Source of the DNA: Schizosaccharomyces osmophilus
Taxonomy: Eukaryota
NCBI RefSeq assembly: GCF_027921745.1
Contig: NC_079239.1
Coordinates: 1,240,001 to 1,304,000, forward strand
Reading direction: 5' to 3'
Length of the DNA stretch: 64,000 nt
In this document: piece by piece, positions 57,826 through 64,000 of the stretch
Numbering within the stretch: the stretch's first letter is position 1
Layout of the letters: the number at the start of each line of letters is the position of its first letter
Notes under the pieces: model-generated
What the model saw: the letters and a program-made list of their open reading frames with translations, nothing else
Databases searched by the model: none
What the model was told of the DNA's origin: nothing
Translations under genes and position numbers: made by a program

Positions 57826-58437
57826 TTAACGGTTGCTCTTGGCAACACGCTCGAGTTCATCCTTCTTCTTAATGGCATAAGAGTTAGAAGAACCCTTGGC
57901 GGCGTTGATGATTTCTTCAGCCAAGCACTCAGAGATAGACTTGACGTTACGGAAAGCAGCCTCACGAGCACCAACGGTGATGAGAGCGATGGCTTGATTG
58001 ACGCGGCGAAGAGGAGAAACATCGACAGCTTGACGACGGACGGTACCAGCGCTACCGATACGGGTCGAGTCTTCACGAGGACCACAAGCGGCAACGGCGT
58101 CGACCAAAATTTGGAGAGGGTTTTGGTCGGTCAAGAGAGCGATGATCTCAAAAGCGTGCTTGACAATGCGAGTAGCCAAAAGCTTCTTACCGTTGTTACG
58201 GCCGTTCATCATCAAGCTGTTGGTCAAACGCTCAGCAATGAAGCAACGAGCCTTACGAAAACGCTTGGCTTGGAAACGGCCAGCGGTGTGAGGAAGAGGT
58301 TGACCATTACCAACGGTGATATAATCAACCAAAGAGATGTCCTTCACTTCAACACCCTCAAAAGGGAACTTGTTGAAAAGTTTGATGCTGCCATTCTCAT
58401 CAAGAGAGACGCCCGGGGTGAGACTCGACGTAGCCAT
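57826..58437 (-). CDS. rps5: 40S ribosomal protein S5 (uS7)
   Basis: [26 protein letters not shown] and [14 protein letters not shown]; strongly biased codon usage. Confidence 0.98.
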   Translation of the reverse strand: MATSSLTPGVSLDENGSIKLFNKFPFEGVEVKDISLVDYITVGNGQPLPHTAGRFQAKRFRKARCFIAERLTNSLMMNGRNNGKKLLATRIVKHAFEIIALLTDQNPLQILVDAVAACGPREDSTRIGSAGTVRRQAVDVSPLRRVNQAIALITVGAREAAFRNVKSISECLAEEIINAAKGSSNSYAIKKKDELERVAKSNR

Positions 58438-58493
58438 CTTGCGTTGTGGTTTTTGCTTAGTTTCCAACTACAACTAAGCATATGGAAACAAAC

Positions 58494-58517
58494 TGTGACT
58501 GTCTCCAACCCTACCCT
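58494..58517 (-). promoter_or_regulatory. HomolE + HomolD ribosomal-protein gene promoter
   Basis: Minus-strand AGGGTAGGGT (58508-58517) and CAGTCACA (58494-58501), 57 bp upstream of the rps5 ATG. Confidence 0.93.
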
Positions 58518-58816
58518 ATACATACTTTTTTCAGGAGACATTCTACTATAGTGTAGTACTGCCAATCGTGTGAATAGCGACATCGTAAAAATGAATAAGG
58601 AGGCGGGTTACAACTCAGTAGTCAACAAAGTGTTTCGTTTTGATCCTTTTCTATGCGAACAAAGATTTAGAAAAGTTATAAATAGGAAAAAATACGAGAG
58701 TTCTGTATGCCGTAATTGCTTATTTCATAATTAATTTTACAGTATCCCAAACCAAAGAAAGAATTATATAACCTTTTTGTACATCAGAGTACCAAAAGAG
58801 CACTAAGCAAGGAGTT

Positions 58817-59245
58817 TCAAGAAGCCATCTCCTTTTTGACTTTATTCAATAGATGGTTAACTTGATTTTTCATAACAGGCTGACCATGCTTTGTTCGTTT
58901 TGACAATTGTTTGCGAGTCTCTATGCGATCATGGATTTTTTTATCGTGTTCATTCTTTTTTTGCTGGTTCTGTTGGATTGCTGCTTCTTTTCGTTTTCTT
59001 TTTTCTTCAGACACCTCGTATAATTTTTCCAGGTGGTTTTTTTTCGGTGTAGGCTTGGACGAGTCTTCTTCTGTCTTCTTTTTGCGATACTCCTCGGGCT
59101 TGACATTCTTAAAGTAATGCTTCTTCGTCTTTGCCTTTAAAATTAGATCTTGCTTTATTTTTTTAGCTTTTCCTTGATAGGCATGCTCAGGAAGTGCTCT
59201 GAACTTGAATCCTCCTTTGCGTTTGTTCACATCCTTCTGTACCAT
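58817..59245 (-). CDS. fyv7: rRNA processing protein Fyv7
   Basis: Highly basic; YQGKAKKIKQDLI and C-terminal LSKRTKHGQPVMKNQVNHLLNKV. Confidence 0.88.
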   Translation of the reverse strand: MVQKDVNKRKGGFKFRALPEHAYQGKAKKIKQDLILKAKTKKHYFKNVKPEEYRKKKTEEDSSKPTPKKNHLEKLYEVSEEKRKRKEAAIQQNQQKKNEHDKKIHDRIETRKQLSKRTKHGQPVMKNQVNHLLNKVKKEMAS

Positions 59246-59926
59246 TTTCCACTAGGGTTTCAGTTTTTCTCGATATAAAATTCTGAATTTCTTTATAATT
59301 ACCAAAAATAAACCACTTTCAAATTCCTAACGTCGAGAATGGTATTTTCAATTGCTTTTTTCCTTTGTCGCTCTTGGCAACTTTACAGAGAAACCTTTCT
59401 TCTTTATTTTGTTATCTCGTTATATATCGTTAAATTGGGTAATATAAGCTTAACGGCATCGAAGCAATACCGTATTCCAAGTAGACAAGAACCTATGTTC
59501 ATTAATTGCATACTTAGCATAAACAAAGTACGTCGCGAAATTTAATATAGTTAGACTCTGAGAACCTGTCTGCTAAAGCTGGTTTCTTTGCATCCTCAAT
59601 ATATATCTCGATTTTGTGCCGATTTTGACAGTTGGATATACTTTTTAACACATACGAAACACTTGCTGTATCGAGATTTTTTTCAATACAAAGCAAACTC
59701 GTGTTCTCTTCTTTTTTGGTTTGTACTTGGGAAAATTGCGGTTTATGACTTTGCAATTGCTTGCCTGTTACATTCTAGGCAATTCTTCTATTTATTCTTT
59801 TTGGTTTGATAATTCTCGTGTATTTCCTATTTATGATTGGGTTCTCTTTGGTTTTACATAAAACTATACCTGTGTATTTTTAAATAAGGTCAATTTGGTA
59901 TCCGTTCATTTTGTATATACGATTAA

Positions 59927-62773
59927 ATGTTATGTAAACGAATTGTTTCTCTATACACGCGACGTTCTTTATTAATCAACCGTGCTTTAGCGCTGACGGT
60001 TTTATCCAGGTGCCTGCACACTAAACCGGAATCGGAAAGTCCTTCTTCTGATATTGCTACTGATCGCCAGTTGGAATCCATTCCCAAAAGTGCAGAAAGA
60101 AAATGGCTTCCGTCCAGTTTGCCAAATTTTCAGCAGCCCACTTCTGTGAGCCAGGAACCTGAAACCCAGGTTCCGAGCGATGAATCGATTTACCGTGATT
60201 TGAAATCTATGTCTGAACTAGCGTTCATGGACCCTAACATTCAAGACTATTTGAATCAACTATCGAAGTCGAACTCACCATGGCTTTCAGAATCGGCTAC
60301 CTTTCTGCAAAAGCTAGCACCCTACTTTTATCTTCCTCCCGATGTGTTTCTCGAAAAAGCAAATGCGTATTTTCAATATCGCCTGCTAAAAACCTCTTCC
60401 ATCAATCACCTTGCATTCGCTATTTCTGATGTATTTTATTTCTATTTTAAAAAAAACAATAATCGAGGCATTCACACTCAAGCACAGAAGATAATTCCTT
60501 TTATGTCCTTTTTTATGCATCTAAACATGCCCGAATATGTTTTTCATCTATACATATACCTGCCTAAAGATATGTCTCGTAATTTCGATATTACCATGTT
60601 AAATAATCCATTTCGCAAAACTTTTGCTCGTGCTTTTTCCCTTATTGAGAATCCTCTCATTGTGTTACGTTCACTTAATATGACTGGTCGCAATACACAT
60701 CGTATAAGAATTCTTTACTTACATTATTTGCATTTTCTGTTAGATCATGGGGAACATCAAAAAGTTGTTGCCCTCTCGCATGAAATTTTTAACAAATTCA
60801 AATGGATTGCTTCGGGTCCTACTCGGCTATTGATGAACTCTTATCACCAGCAAAGTCAGTTCAATGCTGCAGTTCAAGTATACAACGAAGTCTCGGTTAA
60901 GAGTGACAAAGTTGAATCAAACACGATACTTTTGAGAGAATTGTTAAAAGTTGTCACCTCTGCTGGTTATTATAATCGAGACTCATTTCATGTATTCCTC
61001 AAAACACTTTTAAAAATGGGATACATTCCTTCTCTCCAAATTTTCGCAAGGCTTTTAACGGCCGTGGCAAAGTATCACATGCCAGAGGTCCTTTATCCAT
61101 TAATGAATCAGTACAGAACACAGTTTAACAATATGTTAACCCCAAGTGTTTTTGTTGCTGCTGTTAAAGCGGTGGTTTATTGTGGTGATATTAACACCAT
61201 CAAGCTGTATTATCAAGAAGCACAAGCTTCGGAAGAAATAAAAAACTTGAAACATTTGTTTAACTTGTTCATAACTTCGACAACTGTGAGCCTTGACGCC
61301 TCTATGGCAATGAATTTGCTAAGAGCATTCAAAGACGACAAATCTTTAATTGATAAATCAACTTTGGTGAGTTGCATCACCTTATTTTCACGAAGAAAGG
61401 ATTTGGATGCTATGGAAAAAGTTTATAAATATATTACGGATCTTGGTGTCTCGACTCCCCCCGAAGGATATGCAGCACTTTTAGATGCTTATATTGAAGC
61501 GGCCAATGAGAAAAAAATTCAGTCGTGTCTACAGAAAATTGAAGAGCTTGGTATAGGTAATAACCCTAGTGTGAATCGCATGCTTATGAGGTATGCGCTT
61601 TATAAATTTGATTATGGCCTATTGCAAAACTGCACTGCTTTTGCAGAAAAACATGATAAAGGAGGACGTGATTATTTGTACACAATAATGATGCTCTATC
61701 ACACTTCCGTTGGTGAAGTCAGACAAGCTCTTAACGTCTTTTCTACAATACGAAAACCAAATGTTGTTCATTTCTCAATCGTGGTCACCGTGCTTGGTAA
61801 TTTAAAGGAGCTCGATCAAATCAAATTTTTAGAGGAGCGCATGTCTTCATTGGGTATACAGATGACTCCATTGTCTTTAACTGCTTTTGTTACAAGTTAC
61901 TGTAAACAAGGTACCGAAGGTTTGGCAGAGGCCGAACGATATATGAAATCCGTTTTTCAAACTAAACAGCGAAGAGCTAGTATCTTTAATGCACGAACTG
62001 CAAACGATCTTCGTTACCCAGTTTCTTTGTTTTCTCCATTAATTCGAGAATATACCTCTTTAGGGGATATGACAGAAGCAAAGAATGTTCTTGCTTTGTA
62101 TTTAGATTACCATTTAAAGAACATTACTTCACAACCTGACATCCCTTTTGCTATCGCTAGTATGCAGTTATACTGTTCTTTACACGATACTTTGCTTGCA
62201 CGTAGATTTTGGGATTTGATTTTACAGGTCGCTCGACAAAACTTTATGTCTACAAAAGTTGAGTTATACATATCAGATAAGAAGGAGCATGAAGATGAAG
62301 AAGGTAAACTTCTTGATGCTTACAAAGGAAGTCTTAATATGCCAGCCGAGATATACTTTTCTTTCTTAGCCAGTGTCAATGCATTTCAGGAACTGAATAC
62401 AGAATGGCTTCGATTAAGGAGGTGGGGTGCTGAATTTGACGAAGCTATGTTTAATAAACGTATAGTTTGGATTTTATACAGCGGTCGAATAGACATGGCA
62501 TTAACTGAATTTTGCGAATATTTCCTCTCGAAAGAAAAACTGAATGAACATGTTGAAGAAGAAGAAAGTATTTCACGTATTGCAAATTTTTTGTTATCAT
62601 ATAATTCCCCAGTGTATACAAGTACTTGGGATGTGCTTCGTGAAAAACTTGCTATGGCTAATGAAAATGGATATGTTCGTTCTCGGAACGAAGAGTTGAT
62701 GACTGTGCCAAAGTATTTCCAACAATGGAAACAAAAAAATGAATTGTTGTACACAATTTTGTCACGACTCTAG
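59927..62773 (+). CDS. ppr4: Mitochondrial PPR protein (Ppr4/Pet309-like)
   Basis: Presequence and degenerate PPR repeats (YAALLDAY, PNVVHFSIVV, LTAFVTSYCKQG); name assigned from synteny. Confidence 0.82.
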   Translation: MLCKRIVSLYTRRSLLINRALALTVLSRCLHTKPESESPSSDIATDRQLESIPKSAERKWLPSSLPNFQQPTSVSQEPETQVPSDESIYRDLKSMSELAFMDPNIQDYLNQLSKSNSPWLSESATFLQKLAPYFYLPPDVFLEKANAYFQYRLLKTSSINHLAFAISDVFYFYFKKNNNRGIHTQAQKIIPFMSFFMHLNMPEYVFHLYIYLPKDMSRNFDITMLNNPFRKTFARAFSLIENPLIVLRSLNMTGRNTHRIRILYLHYLHFLLDHGEHQKVVALSHEIFNKFKWIASGPTRLLMNSYHQQSQFNAAVQVYNEVSVKSDKVESNTILLRELLKVVTSAGYYNRDSFHVFLKTLLKMGYIPSLQIFARLLTAVAKYHMPEVLYPLMNQYRTQFNNMLTPSVFVAAVKAVVYCGDINTIKLYYQEAQASEEIKNLKHLFNLFITSTTVSLDASMAMNLLRAFKDDKSLIDKSTLVSCITLFSRRKDLDAMEKVYKYITDLGVSTPPEGYAALLDAYIEAANEKKIQSCLQKIEELGIGNNPSVNRMLMRYALYKFDYGLLQNCTAFAEKHDKGGRDYLYTIMMLYHTSVGEVRQALNVFSTIRKPNVVHFSIVVTVLGNLKELDQIKFLEERMSSLGIQMTPLSLTAFVTSYCKQGTEGLAEAERYMKSVFQTKQRRASIFNARTANDLRYPVSLFSPLIREYTSLGDMTEAKNVLALYLDYHLKNITSQPDIPFAIASMQLYCSLHDTLLARRFWDLILQVARQNFMSTKVELYISDKKEHEDEEGKLLDAYKGSLNMPAEIYFSFLASVNAFQELNTEWLRLRRWGAEFDEAMFNKRIVWILYSGRIDMALTEFCEYFLSKEKLNEHVEEEESISRIANFLLSYNSPVYTSTWDVLREKLAMANENGYVRSRNEELMTVPKYFQQWKQKNELLYTILSRL

Positions 62774-62894
62774 AAACTTTTGTGATTGTATAATAAAATT
62801 AATATTAATACTTCCATTTATTGAGTTTCTTCTAACTAACAACTCAGCAAAGAAACTAAGAGAATAAAAACGACATGGATTCAAAGTGTCTAGT

Positions 62895-63710
62895 TTATTC
62901 CTTGGTATCATAAAGGATAGTTACAGGACCGTTATTGGTAAGTTGGACGTTCATCATGGCACCAAAGACACTGAAAGGTTAGTATTGAAAATTGAGAAGA
63001 ATTAAAATGTAAAATGAAACATGTGTAATTACCCATCTATATAACAGTTAGTAAGGTGTGAAATGCGATTTAACTTACTTTTAACATTGTCGTTGCCCAA
63101 ATTGGCCTTTAAACCTTCCAGCACAGACTCATAGAGCTGTACAGCTTCGGGCCCCTTCATGCTTCTGTGGAAATCTGGTTTAGCACCTTTGTTAACTCGT
63201 GCATGTAACGTAAACTGGGAGACTATCAATGGCGGTTAATAAGCCAAATATGATAAAGCGGCGTTTTAAGCATACCACACAAGATTTCTCCTTGGGCATC
63301 TAGGATGGTTTGCCTCCATGGTTGTTCTTGAGCATCTTCGAAAAGTCTCAATTTAAGAAGTTTGTTGCACAGCTTGTTCACATCTTCCACAGTATCATCT
63401 ACGGATACGTTAAAATCGGTCTTCAAAACGTCTCTCCATTTTTGGTATATACAAATCAAATTCAACAGAGGAAAATGCTAACTTTATAGCACATACCTGT
63501 ACCAACTCCAACGAGAACACAAAGTCTATCAACAATACGGGTCAGTGAATCATCAATATTATAACATTTGCAATTTAATACCCTTTCTTAATGGAAGAGA
63601 CAACCGCATCGTCAACTACGATTGAATGATTAGCTTCTAATATTCTAGCAATATAGAGAATTCATACCCGTTACGGAAGCGTTTATAACTTTTTGAATTA
63701 CAGCCTTCAT
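62895..63710 (-). CDS. dtd1: D-aminoacyl-tRNA deacylase (7 exons)
   Basis: MKAVIQKV, VSQFTL, KGAKPDFH and GVFGAMMNVQLTNNGPVT motifs, reconstructed across six introns. Confidence 0.94.
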
Positions 63711-64000
63711 GGTTCCAGGAAAAGTTCAGTATTTATGACTATTTAAGAAATTGAGAAAAAAGCCCAAAAAAGACGAGTTCCAAGTTATTTGCAGATGTTT
63801 TGTATATGACAAATTTGATTGAGAGACACCGAAGTGCAACTTCCCATTGGTTTCTTCTATCACTTGTATACTTGCAAATGATTTGGCTTGGCTTGGACTA
63901 GAATGATTGCTGAAAGTATGTATCAATAGAAGATGTTTTACAAAAGGAAGGAGAATTCATAGGAAATTCATTTCATTTTTGCCTTTTCACGTATTAATCT

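Noticed and set aside
57994..58551. 185-aa antisense ORF over rps5, and similar antisense ORFs over zpr1, ubr11 and ppr4
   Set aside because: Expected shadow of biased codon usage; non-ATG starts and no recognisable domains.
1..64000. CRISPR arrays, prophage or other prokaryotic systems
   Set aside because: The window is eukaryotic with spliceosomal introns; no repeat-spacer array or such genes were seen.

Overview
Gene-dense, intron-containing fission-yeast DNA (genus Schizosaccharomyces). From memory, the gene order matches S. pombe chromosome I (SPAC15A10/SPAC8C9 region), but the proteins are diverged, so I infer a non-pombe species of the octosporus/cryophilus/osmophilus group. The window holds 29 protein-coding genes (bud6 partial through dtd1), three tRNA genes and one dispersed 5S rRNA gene. 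Main accessory observations: (1) two solo retrotransposon LTRs whose interlocking 5-bp target-site duplications show two independent insertions at one site, carrying Ste11-type boxes; (2) a decayed membrane-protein gene with wtf meiotic-driver-like motifs beside the 5S gene, plus a degenerate second 5S fragment; (3) an unidentified structured-RNA candidate between nhx1 and coa2; (4) three perfect Fep1 GATA sites between prr1 and mrs3; (5) an obligatory 4-nt micro-exon in dtd1. All gene names come from recalled motifs and synteny, not from a database search. Coordinates of spliced genes span first to last exon.
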